Shown here: positions 29,409-38,556 of the stretch, one piece after another
Layout of the letters: every line of letters starts with the position of its first letter
Numbering within the stretch: position 1 is the stretch's first letter
From: Promethearchaeota archaeon
Lineage (GTDB): Archaea > Asgardarchaeota > Lokiarchaeia > Sigyniarchaeales > SOKP01
Direction of reading: 5' to 3'
NCBI GenBank assembly: GCA_016839555.1
Contig: JAEOUA010000012.1
Coordinates: 256,001-320,000 of the forward strand
DNA length: 64,000 nt
Program-made: the position numbers and the translations under genes
Notes under the pieces: generated by a model
What the model was told of the DNA's origin: nothing
The model's input: only the letters and a program-made list of their open reading frames with translations
The model's database searches: none

Positions 29409-29999
29409 TTAATATCTTAAAGTATATGATACTTGTCTATAATCATTAGCAAGTTTTCTATTTTCTATATTGCCACACATTGGGCACCTAAGTTTATTAT
29501 ACCCAATCTTATCTAATTCTGTTCCACATATTGAGCAGTCTGAATGAATCACGCCAAGATCCTTTCCAATAGTACTTAAATCATATTCATTACTCTGTTC
29601 TTTAATCACTTTGGCGCGAATAATATCCGTTTTTTGAAATGCATCGGTTATTTTCTCGATATATTTATTAGAAATTTGAGAAACATGAATATTGCCAAAA
29701 TAAAATGAATTAAAATGCAATTTTCTATTAAGTGTATAAAAATTTAATCCAACTGAATATTTTCTAAGAAAAAGAATCGTTCCTATTACTATATCATTGA
29801 TTTTAACGGTTTTACGATCCGATTCTTGATGTGTTTTTATTTCTATTTTTCTTTTTTCTAAGTCTTTTGAAATTATTCCACTTTTTGATGCAAAAATTTT
29901 CCCATCTTTTATATAAGTAGATTCTTTGTCAGGTAAAAATTCTTCCACGACACCTACATATTCTCCTGTCAAAATAATATCTTTTTCTCTATCTTTCAT
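29409..29999 (-). CDS. csl4: exosome RNA-binding protein Csl4
   Basis: EEFLP, S1 domain IHVSQIS...DIIRAKV, C-terminal CxxC/CxxC.E.RKLA. Confidence 0.94.
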   Translation of the reverse strand: MKDREKDIILTGEYVGVVEEFLPDKESTYIKDGKIFASKSGIISKDLEKRKIEIKTHQESDRKTVKINDIVIGTILFLRKYSVGLNFYTLNRKLHFNSFYFGNIHVSQISNKYIEKITDAFQKTDIIRAKVIKEQSNEYDLSTIGKDLGVIHSDCSICGTELDKIGYNKLRCPMCGNIENRKLANDYRQVSYTLRY

Positions 30000-30096
30000 T
30001 GTATTCTAAGCCATCCTTTTTAATCTATTCTAATAATTAATATTTTTTACTACAAATAAATTTATTGAAAATAATTTATAAGATAGATATAAGCTA

Positions 30097-30756
30097 ATGG
30101 AGGAAATAAAAATTAAAAAAAAAGAGCTTATTTCAATTGTCCAAAATACTAAAACCTATAAAAATCCAAAAGTTAAATTAGAACAATATACAATCGATGC
30201 ACTTTGTGCTGTTGATATAGTATTTTTTGCGGGTATAGAATTTAATGACATTCAAAACAAGTTAATTATTGATCTTGGAGCTGGTACAGGCAGATTATCA
30301 TTAAGCAGTGCTTTTTTACAACCAAATTATATTATTAGTATCGATTTAGATATTCAAGCTTTATATATATTGATAAAAAATGTAAAAGAATTACATTTAG
30401 AAAAATTAATCTTACCAATTTGTTGTGATGTGAAATCTATTCCCTTAGAAATACAGAATTTAAATAAGGAATATAAAATAACAACTATAATGAATCCTCC
30501 TTTTGGAGTCCAAAAAGCTAAGGCAGATCGTAGTTTTCTTAAATGTGCAATGAGCTTTTCTGATGTGATCTATTCTATCCATCTTACTAATAAGAAAGTT
30601 CAGAAATTTATTGAAAACTTTATTCGTAAATTTGGTTGGGAAATTGATTATATTTTACCATATACTATGATTTTAGAGAAGGCTTTTCCCTTTCATACAC
30701 AAAAAAGAAAACAAATCAAAGTAAACGTCTATAGGTTTATAAAAAGAGAATTTTAA
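30097..30756 (+). CDS. METTL5-family rRNA m6A methyltransferase
   Basis: PKVKLEQY, DLGAGTG.L, MNPPFG, YSIH, FPFH. Confidence 0.92.
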   Translation: MEEIKIKKKELISIVQNTKTYKNPKVKLEQYTIDALCAVDIVFFAGIEFNDIQNKLIIDLGAGTGRLSLSSAFLQPNYIISIDLDIQALYILIKNVKELHLEKLILPICCDVKSIPLEIQNLNKEYKITTIMNPPFGVQKAKADRSFLKCAMSFSDVIYSIHLTNKKVQKFIENFIRKFGWEIDYILPYTMILEKAFPFHTQKRKQIKVNVYRFIKREF

Positions 30757-30778
30757 CCTTTATAAGAGAAATATGAAG

Positions 30779-31168
30779 TTATTTCTCATCTGAAGTATTA
30801 ATTTTGTCATATTCTTCAGTCAATATTCTAATTGCATTTTCCATATCTCTAAGTGCTCGTTTCTTTTCTGCGGCTGACATATCGGAGAATTTGATATCTT
30901 TATCCGTTCCCATAATTGATTTTAATCGATTTAATAGTTCCGGCACCTCTTTTTTAATAGTATCTAAATAAACAGTCGAATCAAGAGATTTTTCTCTAGA
31001 AATCTGAGCTTTTTTCTTTAATCTATCAATACTTTGCAATTCATTTTCTATATTTTTTATTGAATTGCTAAGCTCTAATAATTCCTTTGCTGTATTTTGA
31101 ATAAATATACTAAATTTATTTAAAAAATTGCTTAATATATCCCCTATTTTGTATTTTTCAGAGGAAAT
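30779..31168 (-). CDS. hypothetical coiled-coil protein; probable ATT start 43 codons upstream of the track's TTG
   Basis: frame open from an in-frame TGA; GGTGA 6 nt before ATT TCC TCT GAA. Confidence 0.65.
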   Translation of the reverse strand: MSSEKYKIGDILSNFLNKFSIFIQNTAKELLELSNSIKNIENELQSIDRLKKKAQISREKSLDSTVYLDTIKKEVPELLNRLKSIMGTDKDIKFSDMSAAEKKRALRDMENAIRILTEEYDKINTSDEK

Positions 31169-31363
31169 TTTTAATCACCATTTTAAAAATATCTAATTTA
31201 ATTTCATAATAGAGATGTCTAATATATCTTTTTGTTTTAGAATGAAATATGAAATTATTATTTGGAGTATCGTTATTTCATTAATCCTAAATAGTTAATC
31301 AAAAGAATTATAAATCAAAAAGAAAAAAAAGAATAATAATACTATTTTTAATTTTTATCTTTC

Positions 31364-32668
31364 TTATTGAAAATTTTTCCAACTTTTAAAATTTGTAGGA
31401 TACTGTGCTTTTTCTCCTAAAGTTTCTTCAATTCGAAGCAGCTGGTTATATTTTGAACATCTATCACTTCTACATGTAGCACCGCTCTTTATCTGTCCGG
31501 AACATAGTCCTACGGCTAAATCGGCAATAAAAGTGTCTGAGGTTTCACCAGATCTATGAGACAACATCACATTGAAATTATTTTCAAACGCTAATTTTGC
31601 AGAATTAATTGCTTCTGTAAGCGAACCTATTTGATTTACTTTTAAGAGCAAAGCATTACCAGCCCCTTGATTAATTGCTTTTCTTAAGATATTCATATTT
31701 GTAACAGTAAGATCATCATCCACAATTTGGACAGATTCGTCAATCTTATTAGTCAACTTAGTAAATCCCATAAATGCCTTCTGATCAAAAGGATCCTCAA
31801 TAGATTTTAGGGGATACTCATTAATTAAATCTAAATAATATTGTAGCAATTCATTCTCATCTAATTGTTTTCCATCAATTTCATATTTTTCTCCATTATA
31901 AAATTCGCTTGCTGCGGCGTCAATCGCTAATATAAATTCTTTTCCTAGCGAAAATCCCCTTTCTTCAATCGCTTCAATTATTACATCAAGAGCTTCTCGA
32001 GTAAAAGATAAATTAGGAGCAAAACCCCCTTCGTCTCCTACATTAATAGCTTGTTTTCCATATTTTTTCGATAAAATCTCTTTTAGAATGTGATATACTT
32101 CTGATACATATCTAATTGCAGCAGAAAATGAATTTGCTCTAGCTGGTAAAATCATAAATTCTTGAATAGCCAAATTATTTCCTGCATGCTCACCACCATT
32201 TAAAATATTGCAACAAGGAATTGGTAAGAGATAATTCTCTCTTATAGTTCCATAACTCAATTCATAAAGGTATTTAAATAATGGAATCTCACGCAACTTT
32301 GCTGCTAATTTTGCTGCTGCTAAGGATACAGAAAGAATTGCATTAGCTCCTAATTTACTTTTATTCTCTGTCCCATCGATTTCAATCATTTTAGAATCAA
32401 TTAAATTTTGTTCTCGAATATCCATTCCTTTTAAATAATTCGCAAGTATATTGTTTACATTAGAAACTGCTTTTGCTACATGTTTTCCATTAAATTTTTT
32501 TCCTCCATCTCTTAATTCAAGAGCTTCTAATTCCCCCGTAGAGGCACCAGAGGGAACTGCTGCTCTTGCGAAATTATTATCACAATAAATATCTGTTTCA
32601 ACCGTTGGATTACCTCGAGAATCAAGAATCCATCGAGCCTTTATACTTGTAATTTTAAAATTTGTCAT
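31364..32668 (-). CDS. eno: enolase
   Basis: ILDSRGNPTVE, VPSGASTG, GDEGGFAP, SHRSGET, KYNQLLRIEE. Confidence 0.97.
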   Translation of the reverse strand: MTNFKITSIKARWILDSRGNPTVETDIYCDNNFARAAVPSGASTGELEALELRDGGKKFNGKHVAKAVSNVNNILANYLKGMDIREQNLIDSKMIEIDGTENKSKLGANAILSVSLAAAKLAAKLREIPLFKYLYELSYGTIRENYLLPIPCCNILNGGEHAGNNLAIQEFMILPARANSFSAAIRYVSEVYHILKEILSKKYGKQAINVGDEGGFAPNLSFTREALDVIIEAIEERGFSLGKEFILAIDAAASEFYNGEKYEIDGKQLDENELLQYYLDLINEYPLKSIEDPFDQKAFMGFTKLTNKIDESVQIVDDDLTVTNMNILRKAINQGAGNALLLKVNQIGSLTEAINSAKLAFENNFNVMLSHRSGETSDTFIADLAVGLCSGQIKSGATCRSDRCSKYNQLLRIEETLGEKAQYPTNFKSWKNFQ

Positions 32669-32786
32669 AGAAATCTCGCACTTATAAAAAATTGATTATT
32701 AATTAAGAATTAAGAATAAAGAATAATAAATTCTTTATTTTTTACTTTATAATAACTAATTAATTAAATATTAAAAATCTGAATTT

Positions 32787-33749
32787 ATGTCCGAAAACCG
32801 CCCTTGGGTTGAAAAATATCGCCCCAGATATTTAAATGATGTTGTTAATCAAAAAGGGATCATTAAACGGTTAAAAAAATTTTTAACAGATAAATCAATG
32901 CCTCATTTAATCTTTGCAGGACCAGCTGGTACTGGAAAAACTACTTCTGCTCTTGCTATGGTCAGAGAATTATATGGGTCCAAAATAGCTATTAATGACA
33001 CATATCTGGAATTAAATGCAAGTGATGCGAGGGGAATTGATGTAATTAGAACTTATATAAAAGATTTTGCAAAAGCAAGGCCACCAGCAGATATATCATT
33101 TAAAATTTTGATATTAGACGAAGCTGATAATATGACATCGCCCGCACAGCAAGCATTAAGAAGAACGATGGAAAAATATACTCAAAATTGCCGAATGATC
33201 CTCATCTGTAATTATTCTAATAAAATAATACCCCCAATTCAATCCCGATGTGTTGTGTTTAGATTTTCTTCACTCAATAATGAAGACATAAAAGAAAGAA
33301 TAAAATATATTGCCAAGAAGGAGGGTATTGAATTAACCGCTGATGGTGCAAATTCACTATTAGATGTGTCAAGAGGAGATTTGAGAAGAGCTATTAATTA
33401 TTTACAATCTTGTGGAACTATATCCGAAAAAATTGATCAAGACCTGGTTTTTAGGGTAGCAGGAGAAGTGCCTTCTGAAAATATTAAAAAAATCTTAGAA
33501 ACGGCCTTAAATGGACAATTAACACTATCTATTAAGCTTTTAAAAGACTTAATTAAAGAATATGGATTATCTGGAATAAATTTTATAAAAAGTATTCATC
33601 GAGAAATCTATGATCTTAATATTCCTGAAGATATGAAAATAAAATTATCAAAAATTTTAGCAGAATTCGAATATCGGTTATCCCAAGGAGGCACTGAACA
33701 AATTCAATTAAAAGCTCTTCTTGCCCAAATCGTCTTGTTGCAAGAGTGA
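32787..33749 (+). CDS. rfcS: replication factor C small subunit
   Basis: PWVEKYRP, GPAGTGKTT, ELNASD, LDEAD, IQSRC. Confidence 0.97.
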   Translation: MSENRPWVEKYRPRYLNDVVNQKGIIKRLKKFLTDKSMPHLIFAGPAGTGKTTSALAMVRELYGSKIAINDTYLELNASDARGIDVIRTYIKDFAKARPPADISFKILILDEADNMTSPAQQALRRTMEKYTQNCRMILICNYSNKIIPPIQSRCVVFRFSSLNNEDIKERIKYIAKKEGIELTADGANSLLDVSRGDLRRAINYLQSCGTISEKIDQDLVFRVAGEVPSENIKKILETALNGQLTLSIKLLKDLIKEYGLSGINFIKSIHREIYDLNIPEDMKIKLSKILAEFEYRLSQGGTEQIQLKALLAQIVLLQE

Positions 33750-34562
33750 AAATAAATTATATTGGAGAAAATATTTCATTTTTTGGCTAAAGAAAAAGTT
33801 ATTCATTCTCTTAAGAGATTTTTTATCAATTTTAAACATCACAAGCTTATTATCAAATTCAATATCCCACAAGATTAATCCTTTTGGATTTGCGGGCTGG
33901 TAAGATCTGAATTCCAAGGGATCAAGGAGTTTGATAAAACTGTTATAACTTATCTCCCCTTTACCTAACTCGATTAGTTTTTTAACAATTCTCCTTATTT
34001 GTTGTCGGAGAAAGCCTTCGGATTTAAAATCAATTATGATTATTCCATTTATTACATTTACATCAATTGCTTTAATCTCTCGTATTGTATTATTAATATC
34101 GGAATCTCTTTTAGAAAAATTTTGAAAATCGTGCGTACCTACTAATTTTTGACATACCCTTTTAACAATTTTCAAATTGAAATTGAATTTATTTTTTAAA
34201 TACCCTAATGGTTGAGGAATAATATATTTATAATGTCTCATTTGGGCATTAAATCTTGGAGAAAAATTTTCTGGAACTTGGGAATACGCCCATATACCAA
34301 TTTCTTTTGGCAAATTTGAGTTTAATTCCATTAAAATTGGTTTTTTCAAAGAATCTATTGCAAAAACCGCACCTCTTGCGGAAACGTATCTATCCGTTCT
34401 GCTGGCGGATTCAAATTTTGATGAGTAAGAATCTTTAATATAATTTCTTTTCTTTAACGTTTTAATTAATGTTTCATCTATGCTTAATGCTTTTTTTTGT
34501 CTTTGAGATCCAAAATATTTCTCTAGTCCGATATAATAATATTTAAAACAAAATCGAGTCAT
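33708..34562 (-). CDS. truA: tRNA pseudouridine(38-40) synthase
   Basis: G.QRQ, SRTD..VSA, GTHDF.NFS, FLRQQIR. Confidence 0.92.
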   Translation of the reverse strand: MTRFCFKYYYIGLEKYFGSQRQKKALSIDETLIKTLKKRNYIKDSYSSKFESASRTDRYVSARGAVFAIDSLKKPILMELNSNLPKEIGIWAYSQVPENFSPRFNAQMRHYKYIIPQPLGYLKNKFNFNLKIVKRVCQKLVGTHDFQNFSKRDSDINNTIREIKAIDVNVINGIIIIDFKSEGFLRQQIRRIVKKLIELGKGEISYNSFIKLLDPLEFRSYQPANPKGLILWDIEFDNKLVMFKIDKKSLKRMNNFFFSQKMKYFLQYNLFSLLQQDDLGKKSF

Positions 34563-34786
34563 TTTTTACTATTTTTTTATTTCCTATCAGTTTATATTTT
34601 TAAATATTTTTATTTTTTAATTCAATAACAGAAAATCATATATATAATAAATATTAATATTTTGACCCAATTAGCAATATTGTCTTATATAGTTTATAAA
34701 CAGCTAAAAGGGAACACAAAAAAGAAAATTTTATATTTTTATTTAACCTTTAAGAAACTAACTAGTTAATTGCCTATTATATTTAT

Positions 34787-37700
34787 ATGTCGAGTATTAT
34801 AAAATCTTTAAAAAATTTATCAGCACGAATCAATGCGAACCTTAAAATCAAAAAGAAAAACGTTTTGCTTTATGTTGCGGTTTTTTTGATTTTTGTTGTT
34901 GCTATCGGTATAAGATTGAGCCCATTGATTCGGGGCGAGATGCTTATAAAGGCATTCGATCCTTGGATCCAATTCTACAACACTCAATACATTGCGGAGC
35001 ACACTATTTATGAATATTTTCATTGGCATGATTTAAAAAGCTGGAACTATAATGGGGGAGTTGACAGATTTAATTTATATCCCGGATTAAACTTCACATC
35101 AGTAGCATTTTATAAAATTTTAAACTTTTTGGGTTTTTCCTTTACCGTTTACGAAGTTTGCTATTTTTTCCCAGCAATTATGGGTGGCTTGACTGTTCTA
35201 GCAGTATATTTTCTCGGAAAAGAAGTTTTAGATGAAAAATGCGGATTATTTGCAGCATTCTTTCTCGCATTTAGTCCAGGGCATATACAACGCACCGTTG
35301 CAGGATTTTATGATAACGAAACGGTTGGAGTTTTCGCTATTTTAATGATATTTCTTTTTTTCTTAAAAACAATTAAGACCGGAAAAATTTCTTACTCAAT
35401 CCTTGGTGGGATGTTTTTAGGGTACTTAAATCTAAGTTGGGGGGGAGCCACGTTTATGGACTTTATAATTCCTCTCATTGTATTATTATTAATAATATTG
35501 AATAAATATGATCAAAAAGTTTTAATAGCTTACGCCGGCATTCAAGGAGCCGGAATGATGATCTCTAGTATATTTATTAAGTTTGATTATACTAGACTAT
35601 TTAATTCTTTAGAAATTGGAGGTATGTTTTTATTCACCATCATATTAATTTTATATCACCGATTTTATATAAAAAAAGCAGAATATCCAAATTTATATAA
35701 AAAATTTATGTCCTTCGTCAAATGGCTATTAATTCCGGGTACCATTATTATGGCAATTCTAATTTGGGCATATCCAGATATAATACCATTTGGGTTTGGA
35801 GCAAAGTTTCAGAGCATATTAAACCCTTTGATTCGTGAGAATATTGCATTTGTCGCTTCAGTTGCTGAACACGCTCCGAGCGCTTGGAGTAGTATATATT
35901 ATAATACTTTAATCCCTCTAATGCTTATTCCTTTAGGGATCTATTTCTGTTTTAAAAGAAATGTTGCTGCAGATGTTTTCTTAATAGTTTATGTTTTATT
36001 AGCTTTTTATTTCACTAGCAGTATGGTAAGAATAATTTTAGTTTTTGCCCCTGCTGCTGCTTTAGTTGGTTCTTACGGTTTAGTAAATGTTTTAAAGGTA
36101 TTTGGGAGTTATTTGGGGACAAAAAAAGTTGGTTTTAGTCGAAAACGTCGTAAATTATCCAGAAAAACAAAAATGATGGGAAAAACAGAAATTTTTGGAG
36201 TATATATATTAGTTGGCTTTTTATGTATCGCTCAAATAGTACATGCAACTGATGTGGCAGCTACTCAAATGTCTTATAGTCAATTAACTCCTGGTGGGGC
36301 ATTATATGATTGGCAAGAATCATTAATGTGGATGAGAACAAATTTACCGGGGGATACCGTTGTTGTTAGCTGGTGGGATTACGGATATTGGTTAACCCCT
36401 ATTGGAAATGTAACAACGGTTTGTGACAATAATAATTTGGCAGTCTCAACTGATGGATTAGTTGGTATGGCATTTATGCAGACTAATGAAATCTATAGTG
36501 CAAAGGTACTCCGTTTATTAGGTGCCGATTATGTATTAGTATATTTTGGATATTTTTATAATGCTTTAGGTGGAGATGAGGGAAAATGGCAGTGGATGCT
36601 CCGCATTTGTAATAATTATTATGAACAATATCTTAAAATGGGCCTTTGGGAGCCAAATTGGGCACTAAATGCAGTCTTTGATGAGGCTCAATATATTAAC
36701 CAAACCAGTGGTAAATATCGAGATAAATGGTTTGACTCTATATTGGTGAGATTATTGTTTCAAGGGCTTCCAACTAGAGATACGGGTCAGTTTCAAGCAG
36801 GAACCATTATATATCATTTTCTTCAACAATTATTAAACTTGGATGATTATGGAAATACTTGGTTATCACATATCCCCACGGATGCATATGGTATTGCAGA
36901 TTATGATTTAGATGTTTTCAAAATGGCCCATCTTTCTCCAAATGGCTTAGTAAAAATTTATAAAGTAGATTATGCCCCCTTAGAATCAAATATAACAATT
37001 ACAAATCCAAAAGTTTTCAATAATGGTTATGGGATATGCGATGTAAAAAACACGGGTATAAGGCCATTATACATTACTAAAGCGTTTATTAATGGAAAAG
37101 AATATAATTTCATGTTAGATAATTCGAGTGATTATAAGCTTTCAATAGGAGAAGAAGATACCGTTTTAATTGACACTATTTCAAAAGGAACTATATTTAA
37201 TGTAAGTGACACTGTCCAAATAAAACTCACAGCTCAAACGGAAGATTATGTGTTCACAGAAACAACAAGCAATTTCTTTGTCAAAGAATCTACTGGTGAA
37301 GTTAAAATTATTAGAGAAAATAGCAAAGTATTATTTGATGAGATTACAGGGAAACAAGATGTGTATCTTGAAGTAAAAAATACTGGAAATGATGTGGTGC
37401 TTCTTTATGATTTTTATGTTAATTCACCTGTTAATAGTTTCGATGACGCAGAATATATAGAGAGTAATTTTCTTCTTAATCCAAACGAATCAGCATTAGT
37501 TTATTTACCAAATTCTCCAGTTAGCTTCTTACCAATAGGAACTGTAAATAATATAAGCGTAATCACATGGAATAATTTTACAGACAGTACACTATTTAGC
37601 TCAAATTTAAAGACAGAAAACTATGAATATAAATTGTCTATTATACCTCAAGAGAGAATAATATCACCAGAATTATCAACACAGGCAAATTCTTATACCA

Positions 37701-38383
37701 GAATTCATATTCCGATCTCTAATGATACTTATGCAAGAATAAATGAAACAACTTCGATTCATCTAAAAATCAAAAATACTGGCAATAACATATTTACATT
37801 AAGCGAAGTAGGACTGCTTGATGGTACATGGTCTTCAATAGATGATTCCCAATATGATTGGGCTCCAATTGATGATGATTATTTTATATCAAAAAACGAG
37901 GAAAAGATTGTTGAGATTAATGTCAGTGATGATATTTTTAATATTAATGATGAGGTTGGTGTTAAAATCATAGGATTATTTGATGGTGAAAAGGTTGCAT
38001 CTGATTGTGGATTTTTACATTTCATGAATTCTAGTGCAGATATCGAAATTATTGAGCAAGTAGATGGATATGATACTACTTTTGTCTATAACAATACTAG
38101 TGGTAATATTTTAATTAAGAATGTTGGAAATCAAACATTAACTCTGAATTTAAGCAATCCTAATTGGTTTTTAATTAATAATACCGCCCCAATGGATTTA
38201 ACTTTTATTCAAGGTGATATTCAACTTGGGATTCAAGATACCGCTCTGTTGTCCTTCAAAGTCAATGAATCAGAACCTGAAATAGGCGATTTACAAGTAG
38301 GAGATATTTTAAACATTAAGGTTCAAACAGAAGAAGGAATTTTTGAGACTATTCAGATTATTATTAGGGATGAAAATAGTTAA
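34787..38383 (+). CDS. aglB: oligosaccharyltransferase AglB/STT3 with long C-terminal beta-rich extension
   Basis: FDPW, AGFYDNE, SVAEH, WWDYG, DNN, DEGK.QWM.RI. Confidence 0.95.
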   Translation: MSSIIKSLKNLSARINANLKIKKKNVLLYVAVFLIFVVAIGIRLSPLIRGEMLIKAFDPWIQFYNTQYIAEHTIYEYFHWHDLKSWNYNGGVDRFNLYPGLNFTSVAFYKILNFLGFSFTVYEVCYFFPAIMGGLTVLAVYFLGKEVLDEKCGLFAAFFLAFSPGHIQRTVAGFYDNETVGVFAILMIFLFFLKTIKTGKISYSILGGMFLGYLNLSWGGATFMDFIIPLIVLLLIILNKYDQKVLIAYAGIQGAGMMISSIFIKFDYTRLFNSLEIGGMFLFTIILILYHRFYIKKAEYPNLYKKFMSFVKWLLIPGTIIMAILIWAYPDIIPFGFGAKFQSILNPLIRENIAFVASVAEHAPSAWSSIYYNTLIPLMLIPLGIYFCFKRNVAADVFLIVYVLLAFYFTSSMVRIILVFAPAAALVGSYGLVNVLKVFGSYLGTKKVGFSRKRRKLSRKTKMMGKTEIFGVYILVGFLCIAQIVHATDVAATQMSYSQLTPGGALYDWQESLMWMRTNLPGDTVVVSWWDYGYWLTPIGNVTTVCDNNNLAVSTDGLVGMAFMQTNEIYSAKVLRLLGADYVLVYFGYFYNALGGDEGKWQWMLRICNNYYEQYLKMGLWEPNWALNAVFDEAQYINQTSGKYRDKWFDSILVRLLFQGLPTRDTGQFQAGTIIYHFLQQLLNLDDYGNTWLSHIPTDAYGIADYDLDVFKMAHLSPNGLVKIYKVDYAPLESNITITNPKVFNNGYGICDVKNTGIRPLYITKAFINGKEYNFMLDNSSDYKLSIGEEDTVLIDTISKGTIFNVSDTVQIKLTAQTEDYVFTETTSNFFVKESTGEVKIIRENSKVLFDEITGKQDVYLEVKNTGNDVVLLYDFYVNSPVNSFDDAEYIESNFLLNPNESALVYLPNSPVSFLPIGTVNNISVITWNNFTDSTLFSSNLKTENYEYKLSIIPQERIISPELSTQANSYTRIHIPISNDTYARINETTSIHLKIKNTGNNIFTLSEVGLLDGTWSSIDDSQYDWAPIDDDYFISKNEEKIVEINVSDDIFNINDEVGVKIIGLFDGEKVASDCGFLHFMNSSADIEIIEQVDGYDTTFVYNNTSGNILIKNVGNQTLTLNLSNPNWFLINNTAPMDLTFIQGDIQLGIQDTALLSFKVNESEPEIGDLQVGDILNIKVQTEEGIFETIQIIIRDENS

Positions 38384-38556
38384 TTATCCTCATTTATTTT
38401 ATTTTTATGTTCTTTTTATATTAAAATAAGAACCTATATATTATGAGGATAAAAATCATAAGATATAATTCTTTTTTGTAAACAATTAGAACCTATTAAA
38501 TCTTTTATTTTTCATTTTATTGAATGAATTTATAAAATATTAGTTTTCAGATAAAT

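Noticed and set aside
33708-33749. 42-bp convergent overlap of rfcS and truA
   Set aside because: Common in compact archaeal genomes; both proteins look complete
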